DNA from: Candidatus Bathyarchaeota archaeon
Lineage (GTDB): Archaea > Thermoproteota > Bathyarchaeia > Bathyarchaeales > DTEX01
Length of the DNA: 64,000 nt
NCBI GenBank assembly: GCA_963714275.1
Contig: CAVQNT010000002.1
Span: 736,001-800,000, forward strand
Direction of reading: 5' to 3'
The notes beneath the pieces are model-generated. The model had not been told where the DNA came from and did no database searches. It saw nothing but the letters and a program-made list of their open reading frames with translations. Within the stretch, counting starts at the first letter, position 1. Each line of letters starts with the position of its first letter. Of this stretch, positions 11,588 to 22,196 are shown piece after piece. Both the position numbers and the translations under genes were made by a program.

Positions 11588-12566
11588 ATGTCTCTGGAAA
11601 TAGCGAGCTTAGGCGAAATATTGGTCGAAATCATGCGTAAAGACCTTGATGTTCCACATGATATTCCCGGAACATACGTCGGGACCTTACCCCAGCGGGG
11701 CACCTGCGATTTTCATTGACGCAGCTGCAAGTCTCGGTCTGAGATCAGGCTTCATCGGTGTCGTGGGAGACGACGGGTTCGGCGACCTTTTACTTAACCG
11801 ATTAAGAAAAAGTGAAGTTGATACCGAACATGTTCGTGTTGCGAAAGGGTTCACGACAGGCATTGCTTTCGTCATGTACTATTCTTCTGGAGAAAGGAAG
11901 TTCATTTTTCACCTGCGTTATTCAGCTGCTGGGCAACTCGCTTCAGATGACATATGCCGCGACTACATTTCGAAAGCTAAAGTCTTGCACGTAATGGGTT
12001 CATCGTTATCAATTAACGAGAATGTTCAAAAAGCATGTTACAAAGCCGTTGAAATTGCGCAGGACACAGGTGTCACGGTGACCTTCGATCCGAACCTTAG
12101 ACCAGAACTATTGGATGTTGAAACAATAAGAAAAATCTGCAAGCCAGTACTCAGCGTAAGTCAAATCATGTTTCCAAGCAGAGACGAGGCAGCAGCATTG
12201 ACTGGAATAAAAGATCCAATCGAGGCTGCACATAGACTTCAGGCGATGGGTCCCCAAACCGTAGTAATAAAGATGGGTGCCGTAGGCGCCTTAGCGGTCA
12301 TGAAGAAGGACATAATTTTTGAGCCTGCCTTCCAAGTCAAAGAGGTCGATCCTACGGGGGCAGGAGATGTTTATGACGCAGCATTCCTTTACGGAACTCT
12401 TAGGAATTTACCTCTTGAAAAGACTTTGGAGTTCGCTGGTGCTGCGGGAGCAATTAAGGTCACGAGGTTTGGACCCATGGGAGGTCCTTCGTCGCTCCGA
12501 GAAGTTGAAGACTTTATACAGAAAACGCCTAAGAAAACAGCACCTAAGGAGATGCTAAACCTATAA
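11588..12566 (+). CDS. PfkB family sugar kinase (frameshift near 11680)
   Basis: MSLEIASLGEILVEIM N-terminus lies in another frame. GVVGDDGFG, FDPNLR and VDPTGAGDVY motifs follow. Confidence 0.9.
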
Positions 12567-12625
12567 AAGTTTTTTTAATAGCCTGAATATTTTGTCATAG
12601 CTGGCTTTATTTTCTTTGAAGATTT

Positions 12626-13786
12626 ATGAGGAAAATCAGAAACATCAACATAGGAAGAACGGAAATGCAGAACAGCAGAGAACGGCTTATGAAGGTTCAT
12701 CGAGGTGAGAAACCTGACAGAGTTCCAATTTCTCTTTACGAGTTCGACGGATTCTACGACAGCTGGATACATGATTATCCAGAATATGTTGATATTTTAA
12801 AATACGCAGAGGGAAAGACCGATAAAATGTTTTTCTGGGCACCTTCAGACAATAAACCTGTAGTTTTTTATGGCGTGATTGATGAACAAGCCATCAAACG
12901 GGAAACATGGCGGGAAAAAAGTTCAACATTCTCAAAAACCACGATTGAGACGCCCAAAGGCACAATTTCAACAGTCAGCAGACAAGATGAAGGACTACAC
13001 ACTTCATGGACAATCAAGTCCTTATGTGCAAACGAGGAAGATGCGAAGAAAGCATTGTCTATTCCTTATGAGCCATGGCGTCCAAACGTAGACTCATTTT
13101 TTTCGCTTGACAAAAAACTGGGCGATTCTGGAATCGTAATGGTAGACATTCCGGACGCCCTTTGTTTGACGGTTGAACTTTTTGGCTTGTCAAGGTTTCT
13201 AAGTGTCTATGTTAGGAACAAACCGCTTGTGTTTGAATTAATGGATTTCTTTCATGAACGAATGTGCAATTACCTTGAACACCTCCTCAGGAAAGGCGCG
13301 GTTTCAATTTACCGTATCTGTGGTCCTGAGTATGCTACTCCGCCTTATCTGCATCCTAGAGAATTTGTTAAGCTTGTGAAATCATACGATGTTGACCTAG
13401 TAAACCTCCTTCATCGTTACGGTGGTTATGCTAGGCTTCATTCTCACGGGAAAGTGAAAAAGGTGCTGCCGGCAATCAGGGAAATGGGGGTTGACGCTAT
13501 TGATCCGTTGGAGCCTCCGCCAGACGGGGATGTGGAACTCCGTGAAGCCAGAGGAATCCTTGGAGCTGAGACTGTGCTAATTGGCAACATTGAGGAAAGA
13601 TTGTTTGAAATCGGAAGCAAAATGGACATTGAGAAACAGGTCAAGAAGGCAGTTAAACAAGTAGCTGACACCGGCGGGTTTATTCTTTGTCCGACAGTTA
13701 TGCCAATTTCGACTCCGTTAAAGAGGAAGATTCAGCAGAACATCATTTACTATATTAACTGTGGCCTGAAATATGGGCAGGCTTAA
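12626..13786 (+). CDS. uroporphyrinogen decarboxylase / MtaA-CmuA family protein
   Basis: RERLM...PDRVPI, HSHG, DPLEPPPDGD, LIGNI and GGFILCP motifs. Confidence 0.85.
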   Translation: MRKIRNINIGRTEMQNSRERLMKVHRGEKPDRVPISLYEFDGFYDSWIHDYPEYVDILKYAEGKTDKMFFWAPSDNKPVVFYGVIDEQAIKRETWREKSSTFSKTTIETPKGTISTVSRQDEGLHTSWTIKSLCANEEDAKKALSIPYEPWRPNVDSFFSLDKKLGDSGIVMVDIPDALCLTVELFGLSRFLSVYVRNKPLVFELMDFFHERMCNYLEHLLRKGAVSIYRICGPEYATPPYLHPREFVKLVKSYDVDLVNLLHRYGGYARLHSHGKVKKVLPAIREMGVDAIDPLEPPPDGDVELREARGILGAETVLIGNIEERLFEIGSKMDIEKQVKKAVKQVADTGGFILCPTVMPISTPLKRKIQQNIIYYINCGLKYGQA

Positions 13787-13827
13787 AAATTAGTGTATCT
13801 ATTTTATAATAATCAGAGGTTTTATTT

Positions 13828-14097
13828 TCAGCTAAGGAGGTTGTTGAGCTTTTCGTATTCCTCTAAAAATTTCATTCCTTTTTCTGTTGTTAAGTAGAAT
13901 GTTTTTCCATCGTTTTTAGAGTTAGACAAAAGGTTGCGGGAAATTACGTATTCAAGGTATTTTTGTAGCTCACTAAAGCTAAGGTTGCATTTATAGAGTA
14001 TACTAGTCTTTTTAGCAGGCTTTCGAGAGATTGTGAGTATCTCTCGGATGATTTCGAGGCGTCCTCTTTTTACGAAAGATTGCTCCATTTCTATCAT
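13828..14097 (-). CDS. ArnR1-like winged-HTH regulator (COG3432 type), paralog A
   Basis: KRGRLEIIREIL...KKTSILYKCNLSF...YL...LL...YLTTEKG signature. Confidence 0.9.
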   Translation of the reverse strand: MIEMEQSFVKRGRLEIIREILTISRKPAKKTSILYKCNLSFSELQKYLEYVISRNLLSNSKNDGKTFYLTTEKGMKFLEEYEKLNNLLS

Positions 14098-14430
14098 GAC
14101 CTTTCTATGTCTTTCTTCTCGACGATTATGCTAGAAGATTTGTTCTATTCTTTATAAGGCGTGTTAAGTACCAATTAATAATCTAGTTTTGATAGTCTTG
14201 TCGATAACGTAGTTTAGAAGTTTTATTAGTAATTGTTGTTATGAATCTTTTTTACTTTTATTCACAACTGATTTTGAATCCTTTGATGAATGGATGATGA
14301 TATTAATAGAAAATATTAATTAAGATATGATCTTAATTGAAGTTCTTTAACAAGCCATGGATTTTTCTGAAAGAGGACATCCTAAACCATTTATATCCAA
14401 TATTTGTATGGTATTCAGGTTGGTCTGCCT

Positions 14431-14625
14431 ATGATCGATGATGTTATTAGGCTTCTTGAGGATGGAACTTGGCATAGTTTTTTTGAAATAAAGGAAAAGT
14501 CGAATCTTACAGAGAATCATTTTGGGAAAGTTGTACAATTCTTGAAAGAGTTTGATTTAGCAGATATTGATGATGATCAAAAAAGAGCAAAGATTAGCCC
14601 TTTCTTCTTGGAACTTCAAGTATGA
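14431..14625 (+). CDS. small wHTH-like protein
   Basis: MIDDVIRLLEDGTWHSFFEIKEKSNL...FLKEFDLADID pattern of a minimal winged helix. Confidence 0.65.
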   Translation: MIDDVIRLLEDGTWHSFFEIKEKSNLTENHFGKVVQFLKEFDLADIDDDQKRAKISPFFLELQV

Positions 14626-14739
14626 ATTCGTTGTATAATCTCAAAAAGTATGGGAACAGAACACATATCTATAAACAGTATTTTTGAAAAATGTTGACGC
14701 TTCCTAATACTTTTATTGATTTGTTACAACCCAGATAAC

Positions 14740-15216
14740 ATGAGCTTTCAAGATAGAAGTTTAACAGCTAGAAAGCTTTTAGAGATTATGGGTGTAGCCA
14801 TAGCAGTTACTCTTCTTTTGAACAATACAAACTCGATCTATGGTTTATTATCAACAACATCTACTATTGGAACAACAGGTGTTGTTTCTTCAGCTAGTCT
14901 AGGAATTTACTCTAATAGTCAATGCACTACCGCTCTTTCTTCAATTGACTGGGGGAGCCTTAGTCCTGGAGGAAACAAAAACGTCACCATCTATGTGAAA
15001 AATACCGGAAGCGTGGCTTTGACTTTGACCCTTTCAACAAGCAACTGGACACCAACAAATGCTCCTACATACTTAACCTTAACATGGAATTACGCTGGCG
15101 CTACAATCAATTCAAACGCGGTGGCAACGATCATTTTAACCTTAAGGGCCTCGTCTGGTATTTCGGGTATAAGCAGCTATCAGTTCCAAATAACCATTAC
15201 GGGAACACAGGTTTAG
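14740..15216 (+). CDS. secreted all-beta protein, TasA/CalY-like fibre subunit candidate
   Basis: Signal peptide ending IYG, N-terminal strand LLSTTSTIGTTGVV, IDWGSLSPGGNKNVTIYVKNTGSVAL core, C-terminal FQITITGTQ strand, no membrane anchor. Confidence 0.7.
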   Translation: MSFQDRSLTARKLLEIMGVAIAVTLLLNNTNSIYGLLSTTSTIGTTGVVSSASLGIYSNSQCTTALSSIDWGSLSPGGNKNVTIYVKNTGSVALTLTLSTSNWTPTNAPTYLTLTWNYAGATINSNAVATIILTLRASSGISGISSYQFQITITGTQV

Positions 15217-15218
15217 AC

Positions 15219-15228
15219 CTCTTTTTTT
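15219..15228 (+). terminator. oligo-T archaeal terminator candidate
   Basis: CTCTTTTTTT just after the TAG stop of 14740-15216. Confidence 0.45.
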
Positions 15229-15346
15229 ATTTAAAAGTTTTATTGAAAAGTTTTTAGGATATATGAGTTTTATGTTATAGAAGATTCATACCCAGGGTCT
15301 ATAAAGAAAATTCTCAAATCATATAAATTATTACTGCCAATAAAAG

Positions 15347-15577
15347 ATGAAGAAAATGTTGGATGACGTCTTTATAAAAATACTTTCAGAAACTAAAGCA
15401 AGCAAGTGGATGAGCATGCCAAAGTTACGCGGGATTCTTCATGATTATCTTCAGGAAAAAGCTAAAGCTGAGCTAGTTATGGATTTTTTGGAAAAGTACT
15501 TTATTGATGTTAACAACGATAAAAGTCTAGTCAGGCTAAATGATTTGGCTAATAAATTGTTTGAAAAACCTTTATAA
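15347..15577 (+). CDS. small wHTH-like protein
   Basis: 76 aa with a pattern similar to 14431-14625 (DD..IL...W.S......DFLEKYFIDVN). Confidence 0.55.
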   Translation: MKKMLDDVFIKILSETKASKWMSMPKLRGILHDYLQEKAKAELVMDFLEKYFIDVNNDKSLVRLNDLANKLFEKPL

Positions 15578-15581
15578 TAGT

Positions 15582-15869
15582 CTATAGACGCATATTTTCT
15601 AGAACTTCTTTTATTTTATCGTAATCTTTAAGGAAGGTTTTCCCCTTTTCAGTTGTTTCGTATATTTCTTTCCCGTTCTTTTCGTATTTTCTGAGAAGAC
15701 CTCCCTGCATTAAACATTCAGCATAAAAATTAAATTGCGAAAGGCTTAAGTTGCAACGATAAATAAGCCGCGTTTTTCTTGAGCTCGAATTTGAAAATTC
15801 GAGTATACAAGCTATGATGTCCACTCTGCTTCTTTGTGTAAACCTAGCTTTACTTTTCACATCCGACAA
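15582..15869 (-). CDS. ArnR1-like winged-HTH regulator, paralog C
   Basis: QRSRVDIIACIL...RKTRLIYRCNLSL...YETTEKGKTFL. Confidence 0.9.
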   Translation of the reverse strand: MSDVKSKARFTQRSRVDIIACILEFSNSSSRKTRLIYRCNLSLSQFNFYAECLMQGGLLRKYEKNGKEIYETTEKGKTFLKDYDKIKEVLENMRL

Positions 15870-16223
15870 AAGAAAAACCTACATAATTTGTCTGAATATA
15901 TCTCTATATATTATTTTTTTCTAATAACCTATACTCGTTAGTTCAAAAAATTAAGCAATGGTTCAATTATATTTCCATTAATTAAATAGTTGTAATTATC
16001 GTTATTATTTTAAAAATCATCCTTTTTTTTAACGTTTTTTTATATTATAAGGTTATACAACATAAATACAGAAAAGAGTTCTGAAAAACTATTTCACAAA
16101 ACATAATATTAGTTTCTATACAATGTCGTTCTGAAAACTAAAAGATTAAGTAAGACCATAAGGCATGATGTGACTTAGGTTTAAAGTATTCGTGTCTGCT
16201 TCCTTCAGGGAGGGACTTGATCA

Positions 16224-16643
16224 GTGGAAACATCAAACAAGGATAAAAAAGAGTTATTGGAAAATCTTCGGCAAGAATGGAAGACGATGTGGAGATCCAG
16301 AATAGACGATGAAGTTAGAGCAGAAGGCATTGCCGATAAAACCTATGAACGGCTTTTTATTGATCGAGGCCTCATTTTATTTGCTACTAGAAACTTTAAA
16401 CCGCCAGAGTTTCAGGAGATTCTACATAAATATTTAACATTTGAGGAAGCTGAAAGATTAAACCCTAATCCTGTGAAAGGCGGGATTAGGAAGTTTATCC
16501 GAGAATATATTATTTCTAATAATAAGCCCTGCAGGTCTCAGAGAGAAGAATGGGTTCATGAATTAGACGCGATGAAAGAGAAGCAACAGTTAAGCCATGG
16601 CGGGAGAGGTTGGTTACATTTTTCATTGCTTAAGGTTCGTTAA
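16224..16643 (+). CDS. hypothetical protein
   Basis: 139-aa ORF with GGGAGG SD and GTG start, protein-like composition, no recognised domain. Confidence 0.65.
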   Translation: METSNKDKKELLENLRQEWKTMWRSRIDDEVRAEGIADKTYERLFIDRGLILFATRNFKPPEFQEILHKYLTFEEAERLNPNPVKGGIRKFIREYIISNNKPCRSQREEWVHELDAMKEKQQLSHGGRGWLHFSLLKVR

Positions 16644-16954
16644 AAGTCAAGTCAGATCTTAGATTAATGAATATTAAGTTGTGTGTTTAGTTTTATTTAT
16701 TGACTAATTTATCCTAGTGAATATAGAGTCCATCCGATTAACCATAATATGCACAATGTTGGTAGAAAGAAAAGTATTATGATTTTCTTCATTAATGTCT
16801 CTTAATTTAGTGGTATGGAACTTTCATATAGAACTTTCTATTCAATGTTATATAAAAATATCTCATCATAATATGTTTTAGTGTCGAAAATACGGCTTCA
16901 GCATTATTTAGATGCATTTTTTATCGTTAACTGAACTTTAGAAGTGAATAAAGA

Positions 16955-17315
16955 TTGATTTTTTCAGAGAACTCCAACATAGGATACCGCAATAGACTGG
17001 AAATAGTAAGGGATATCCTATCAATATTAGAAGTTGCTGGAGCACGAGGTTCAAAAAAGACTCATATTATGTATGGGGCTAATTTAAGTCTATAAACTAT
17101 TGAAGAGGTATCTGGATGAAGTTTTGGACGCAGGTCTCATCTACAAATATAAATCGTTTTATGTTATTACGAAGAAGGGGAAATTGTTTCTTCAGACTTA
17201 TGGGGATTATGATAAGGAAAACAGAGAGATCGAGAAACACGCTGTTAGACTGAACAATGGGAAGACCGAGTTGACAAAAATGTTATTGTTATCATACAAA
17301 CAGGAGCAAAAATAG
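16955..17315 (+). CDS. ArnR1-like winged-HTH regulator with C-terminal coiled-coil, paralog B (frameshift near 17090)
   Basis: GYRNRLEIVRDIL...GSKKTHIMYGANLS / YKLLKRYLDEVLDAGLI...YVITKKG. Confidence 0.88.
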
Positions 17316-17358
17316 TTCCCGTTAAGTTTTTGCATGTTCTTCATGAAGGGTTTGCTCA

Positions 17359-17979
17359 TTGACAAGTTTTAAAGATAAGGGTTTCCTTATTATCTGTGTC
17401 CTCGTCGCAGTTTTGATACTCGTTGTTTACGTTTTTACCCTTTTCTGGCCTAGATATGAGGAGTATTTCTTCGAGTTAGGCTTACTTGGACGGAACCAGA
17501 AGGCTGAGGACTATTTTCTCGGTAATACTTCAACTGTTGGGGTGGGGTCGAATGTTACTTGGTTCATCTACCTTCACAATCATATGGGGTCTCCTCAGAA
17601 TGTTTCTGTCCGTGTTAAGGTTTTGAATGATTCTATGTTGGCTCCGGATGATCGTACTTATGAACCCAGTCCTTATCTGGTTTCTTTTGAGGTTCCTGTC
17701 TCCCTTGCCACTGATGAGACGGTGCTTGTACCTTTCTCCTGGAGCATCTCCGAGGCTAAGGTTCAGAATGGTACCATCGCTATCAAGCATTTGATTATTA
17801 ATGGCCAGTCTGTGGATGTTGAAGTCTCAGGTTTGAGTGAGACTCGTTTCCGGCTTGTATTTGAACTTTGGGTTTATAATGAGAACTCTGGGGAATACCA
17901 ATTCTTCTGGACTTCTAAAGGAGAGTTGCATTCGGCTTCTATTTACATGTGGTTCGATGTAGTCATGCCTACAGGCTGA
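17359..17979 (+). CDS. DUF1616 domain protein
   Basis: N-terminal TM followed by EEYFFELGLLGRNQKAEDY and RLVFELW, typical of DUF1616. Confidence 0.75.
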   Translation: MTSFKDKGFLIICVLVAVLILVVYVFTLFWPRYEEYFFELGLLGRNQKAEDYFLGNTSTVGVGSNVTWFIYLHNHMGSPQNVSVRVKVLNDSMLAPDDRTYEPSPYLVSFEVPVSLATDETVLVPFSWSISEAKVQNGTIAIKHLIINGQSVDVEVSGLSETRFRLVFELWVYNENSGEYQFFWTSKGELHSASIYMWFDVVMPTG

Positions 17980-18170
17980 TGATCCTACAATTTTTGAACC
18001 GATCTTTAACTTGTCTTTTCTTGGCACATTTCATGAAACGTCGATTAATTTTGATTGTTGTTCCAGCACCATGTCAAGAGTAAATATGGTTGCTGATAGG
18101 TGCTAATGAATAGCCAAAGATTTGGGTTACTATTCTGTGCCCTTGTCCATTCTGCTAGAGGATTTGAAGA

Positions 18171-18862
18171 TTGAAGAGAAAAATTAACTCTAACGTTGCT
18201 GTGATCATCCCCACTCTTAATGAAGAAAAGGGTGTTGGTTCAACCCTACGAAAGCTTATAGACGTTTTGGGCAGTCCAGTGCTTATCCTGATTGACGGAA
18301 ATAGTGTGGATGGGACTGTTAAGATAGTAAGGATTGTGGTGCAGAAGTTATATTCCAGAATGGTAGAGGCAAGGGTGCTGCTTTACGTCAAGCATTAAAT
18401 TATGAGGGGCTTGATGGTGATATAATCATAATTATAGATGCTGATGGATCTATGGATCCCAAAGAGGTGCCGATGTTCATTGAGGCTATGGAGTTGGGTG
18501 CAGATGTTGTTAAGGGTTCTCGATTTCTACCAAATGGCTATTCTGAGGATATGGACCTTATCCGTAAGGTTGGAAATAAAATTATGCTTTTACTTGTCAA
18601 TTTTATTTGGTCGACAAATTACACCGATTTGTGTTATGGCTTCATGGCTTTTAGGAGAGAATCTTTGAAGAAGTTGTCTTCGCGTCTGAATTCCACGAAT
18701 TTTGAGATTGAGGCCGAAATTTGTATCAAGGCGCAGAAGCTTGGGCTTAAGGTTGTGGAAGTTCCTAGCGTCGAGCTTAGAAGAGGCTATGGAAGATCAC
18801 ATTTAAATACTTTTAGAGACGGGTTCCTTATTTTATTAAGAGTTCTAAGAGAGGTTTTTTGA
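18171..18862 (+). CDS. GT2 glycosyltransferase, DPM-synthase-like (frameshift near 18330)
   Basis: IIPTLNEE, DGNSVDGT, GKGAAL, DADGS, KGSRF and FEIEAE motifs across two frames. Confidence 0.88.
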
Positions 18863-18928
18863 ACAGTAAAAATCTGAGATGGAATTCAATCATCACGAAC
18901 TCTCTAAGAAAGAGGTAGAGGACATAAA

Positions 18929-19978
18929 ATGACAAATGTGGGAATTATTGGTTTGGGTCATATGGGACTGCTACATTTGCGCAATACTAGGTTTGTAGAG
19001 GGCGTTCGTGTCGTTGCTGCTGCGGATAAATCTAAAAAGGGATTGTCCGAAGCTAAAGCTTATGGAGTCAGCAATTTATACGAGGATTATGAGGAGCTAC
19101 TTAAATGCAAGGATCTCGACGCCGTTATAATATCTCTGCCTAACTTCCTTCATGAGAAGAGTGTTGTTCTCGCTGCCGAGAGGGGGTTACATGTTTTTGT
19201 GGAAAAGCCACTGGCCCGTAAGGTTTTAGAATGTGAAAGCATCAAGCGGGCTGTTGAAAGAAACGACATCAAACTTGCTATAGGACACAACTACCGTTAT
19301 TTCGACCATGTTCGGAAACTGAGAAACGAATATAATAAAGGAACCCTTGGGGATGTTGAGATAGCGAATTTTGAACATTTCGTAAATGGGCCCTTCGCTC
19401 ATCCTCTGGACCCTGTCCCAGTGCATGATTGGTGGCTAGACGCTCAATTGGTCGGCGGAGGAGCTTTGCTTGATCAAGGTTATCATCTCATAGACCTCTT
19501 CAGATGGTTCTTTCCAGATCCAGAGGTTCTTTATGTGAATCTTGGTTATCGCTACAATTTAGGCATTGAAGATAGCGCAACTATAGTGCTGCGGTCTAGG
19601 CGTACTTTAACTAGGGGCATCATAAGTGTCGGTTGGTTCCAGAAGATGGTTTTCCCAGATTTTAACTTTAGGATAAATCTTCACGGAACTGTAAGGTTTC
19701 TGTCAACGGATCATTTTGCTCCCAAGAATCTTTACTTGCACGCAGCCAAAGAGTCCATGAAAAATGGCCTGCGTAAGGTTCTAGGAAAGAGAATAAATCC
19801 CCTATCGTATACCTATTACTACGCTTCCTACTTTAAGGAAATGGAAAACTTTTTCAGGAGTATCGACGGTGATCCTGACGGTGCTCTTCTAGCCACCGTA
19901 GACGATGGCCTTGAAACGATCAAAATCATTGAAAAATCGTATAATTTTGTGAATAACATAAGCAAAGAAGGCAAATAA
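18929..19978 (+). CDS. Gfo/Idh/MocA family oxidoreductase
   Basis: GIIGLGHMG, HVFVEKP and GGGALLDQGYHLID motifs. Confidence 0.93.
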   Translation: MTNVGIIGLGHMGLLHLRNTRFVEGVRVVAAADKSKKGLSEAKAYGVSNLYEDYEELLKCKDLDAVIISLPNFLHEKSVVLAAERGLHVFVEKPLARKVLECESIKRAVERNDIKLAIGHNYRYFDHVRKLRNEYNKGTLGDVEIANFEHFVNGPFAHPLDPVPVHDWWLDAQLVGGGALLDQGYHLIDLFRWFFPDPEVLYVNLGYRYNLGIEDSATIVLRSRRTLTRGIISVGWFQKMVFPDFNFRINLHGTVRFLSTDHFAPKNLYLHAAKESMKNGLRKVLGKRINPLSYTYYYASYFKEMENFFRSIDGDPDGALLATVDDGLETIKIIEKSYNFVNNISKEGK

Positions 19979-19982
19979 TGGT

Positions 19983-20930
19983 TTGATGCACGTATCCGAA
20001 ACAGGACCGACCGTAAGTGTTGTCCATACCCAAGATCAGACAGAGGATAGCATAAAGAGAGCCACTTTCGAGGCGATAGATAATAGTGGATTTGATGTTC
20101 CGGAGAAAGTTGACTCGGTGTTTTTGAAGGTTAATCTGCGTTACTATTGGGATGCTTCAACTGGCGAAACGACAGATCCTAGAGTTGTATCAGCGATAAT
20201 TGACTATCTTCGGGAACATGGTGGCCGTCATGTCGACATAACAATAGCCGAAGCCGATGCTTCAGCCATGAGGACCAAGTACGCCTTCAAGATGCTAGGA
20301 TATGAGAAGCTGGCTGAGGGAAAAAATGTTAGATTAGTTAATCTTTCCCAATGTGAAAGAGTCGAGAAGGAGGTTATTGTCAACAACAAAAAAATTGTTT
20401 TGCCTATTGCACAGCCGATGCTTGACGCCGATTTATTGATAAATGTTCCTAAACTAAGAACTCAACGCCTTGCGACTATATCATGCGGTTTAAAAAACTT
20501 GTTTGGAGCCATCGCGGAGCCGAGAAAGGTTACTTATCACCCTCACCTCGATGAGGTTATAGTTGGAGTAAACAAAATTCTTAGACCAGCTTTGACTGTA
20601 ATTGACGGTTTCATTGCGTTGGGTAAATGGCCCATAAAGATGGGGCTCGTTCTAGCGAGCGTTGACCAATTGGCAGCGGACTACATCGCCGCGAGGGTAA
20701 TGGGATACGATCCGCATCGGATAACCCACTTGGAGCTTGCTAGAAAAGAAGGCGTTGGAAAGTCAGCAGAAATCACAATTAACGGTGTGAAAGACCTAAC
20801 TAGGTTTTCTAAGATATTTCCAAGAGAGAACTATTTTCTTTTCAATCAACTGTGGAACTTAAAACTAACAGCTCTTAATGCGTATCTAAAGCTAACAAAT
20901 GATACGAGACCACCTGTCTTGGATAAGTGA
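19983..20930 (+). CDS. DUF362 domain protein
   Basis: LKVNL, TTDPRVV, INVPKLRT, SCGLKNLFG, VIDG and DQLAAD motifs. Confidence 0.85.
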   Translation: MMHVSETGPTVSVVHTQDQTEDSIKRATFEAIDNSGFDVPEKVDSVFLKVNLRYYWDASTGETTDPRVVSAIIDYLREHGGRHVDITIAEADASAMRTKYAFKMLGYEKLAEGKNVRLVNLSQCERVEKEVIVNNKKIVLPIAQPMLDADLLINVPKLRTQRLATISCGLKNLFGAIAEPRKVTYHPHLDEVIVGVNKILRPALTVIDGFIALGKWPIKMGLVLASVDQLAADYIAARVMGYDPHRITHLELARKEGVGKSAEITINGVKDLTRFSKIFPRENYFLFNQLWNLKLTALNAYLKLTNDTRPPVLDK

Positions 20931-20988
20931 TTACCCGTATTAAGAGACCTAATCTCGAACCAAGGGCAATCTAAGGAAAAAGGAAAAC

Positions 20989-22155
20989 TTGCTGGAAATA
21001 GGCCAAATACTGCAATTTTTTGTACTTCTTTCATTTGGAATTCCATTTTTCATCTTTGGGCTGTATGGCACTATTCTTCTTTACTATAATAGACGAAATA
21101 ACAAGCAAGATAGCGAGAGCGGATATAATAGAAACGTAGAACCTGAACCTATCGTTTCTGTTGTGATTCCAACTCATAACGAAGAGACAATCATTTCTAA
21201 AAAAATCGAGAATCTTTTGGCTTCAGACTATCCTATGGATAGACTTGAAGGGGTTTTTGTAGACGACTCAGATGATTCTACTGCCAGCATTATAGAAGAG
21301 TTCTCCAAAAAGTTTTCTAACGTACATCTGATTAAATTTCGTGAACGCATGGGTTATAGCCCCTGTATGATTGCTGGATGTAATTTGGCCAAAGGAGAGA
21401 TAATGGTTCTTAGTGATGCTGGGGCGTTTCTTGATCCTCAGGCGATCCCGAATCTTGTTAGGCACTTTCGAAATCCGGAAGTTGGCGCGGTAACTGGCAG
21501 GGATGTGATCTTGAATGTGGACGAAGAAACTGGAAGAGCAGAAGATATGTATCAGAAGATTTACAATTTCTTAAGAACCTCTGAAACCAAGATGGATTCA
21601 ACTTTCTACTTTAAAGGAGAAGCCTCTGCTGTAAGGAAGGATCTGATCTCGGATTTAGAGAAATGTAGTGCAACCTTCGATACGGCGGCAGCGTTATGGG
21701 TCAGACAGAAGGGATATAAAACAATATACGATCCACAAGTCAAATTCTATGAATATGCGCCAAACACAAACTCTGAAAGGATCAAACAGAAGACGACTAG
21801 AGGGGCGAACTTGATCAAGATCCTATTCCAGTTTAGAAACATGATTTTTAGAGCAAAATATGGTAAGTTTGGGCTCATAATATTGCCTATGAACCTCGCG
21901 ATGTTGGTAGTCACGCCAATTGCGATATTTGCAGGAATTGTTTTTCTGGCTGCTCTAAGCTTTTTTGATTTTGCTTTCGCCAGCATTGTTTGGAGCATCT
22001 TGGGTGTGCTTTTCCTATTCTCATTGTTATTCTCGAAGCGACTTGTATTCACTTTTCTGGAATTTAACCTTAGTTTGCTCAGAGCGTTATATGAGATAAT
22101 CTTCATAAAGAGAAGACATGACCTGATAGAGAAGATCGCTTCGACAAGAAGGTAG
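20989..22155 (+). CDS. membrane GT2 glycosyltransferase (IcaA/PgaC/cellulose-synthase-like architecture)
   Basis: N-terminal TM, VVIPTHNEE, VDDSDD, SDAG, and C-terminal TM helices. Confidence 0.88.
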   Translation: MLEIGQILQFFVLLSFGIPFFIFGLYGTILLYYNRRNNKQDSESGYNRNVEPEPIVSVVIPTHNEETIISKKIENLLASDYPMDRLEGVFVDDSDDSTASIIEEFSKKFSNVHLIKFRERMGYSPCMIAGCNLAKGEIMVLSDAGAFLDPQAIPNLVRHFRNPEVGAVTGRDVILNVDEETGRAEDMYQKIYNFLRTSETKMDSTFYFKGEASAVRKDLISDLEKCSATFDTAAALWVRQKGYKTIYDPQVKFYEYAPNTNSERIKQKTTRGANLIKILFQFRNMIFRAKYGKFGLIILPMNLAMLVVTPIAIFAGIVFLAALSFFDFAFASIVWSILGVLFLFSLLFSKRLVFTFLEFNLSLLRALYEIIFIKRRHDLIEKIASTRR

Positions 22156-22196
22156 AATCACCGAAAGTCATAAGTAAAACTTAAGGAGGCGGAAGG

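Noticed and set aside
12626-13786. Methanogenesis methyltransferase (MtaA) call
   Set aside because: Only generic URO-D-superfamily motifs are present and no corrinoid or methyltransferase partners lie nearby. It is paired with a sugar kinase instead.
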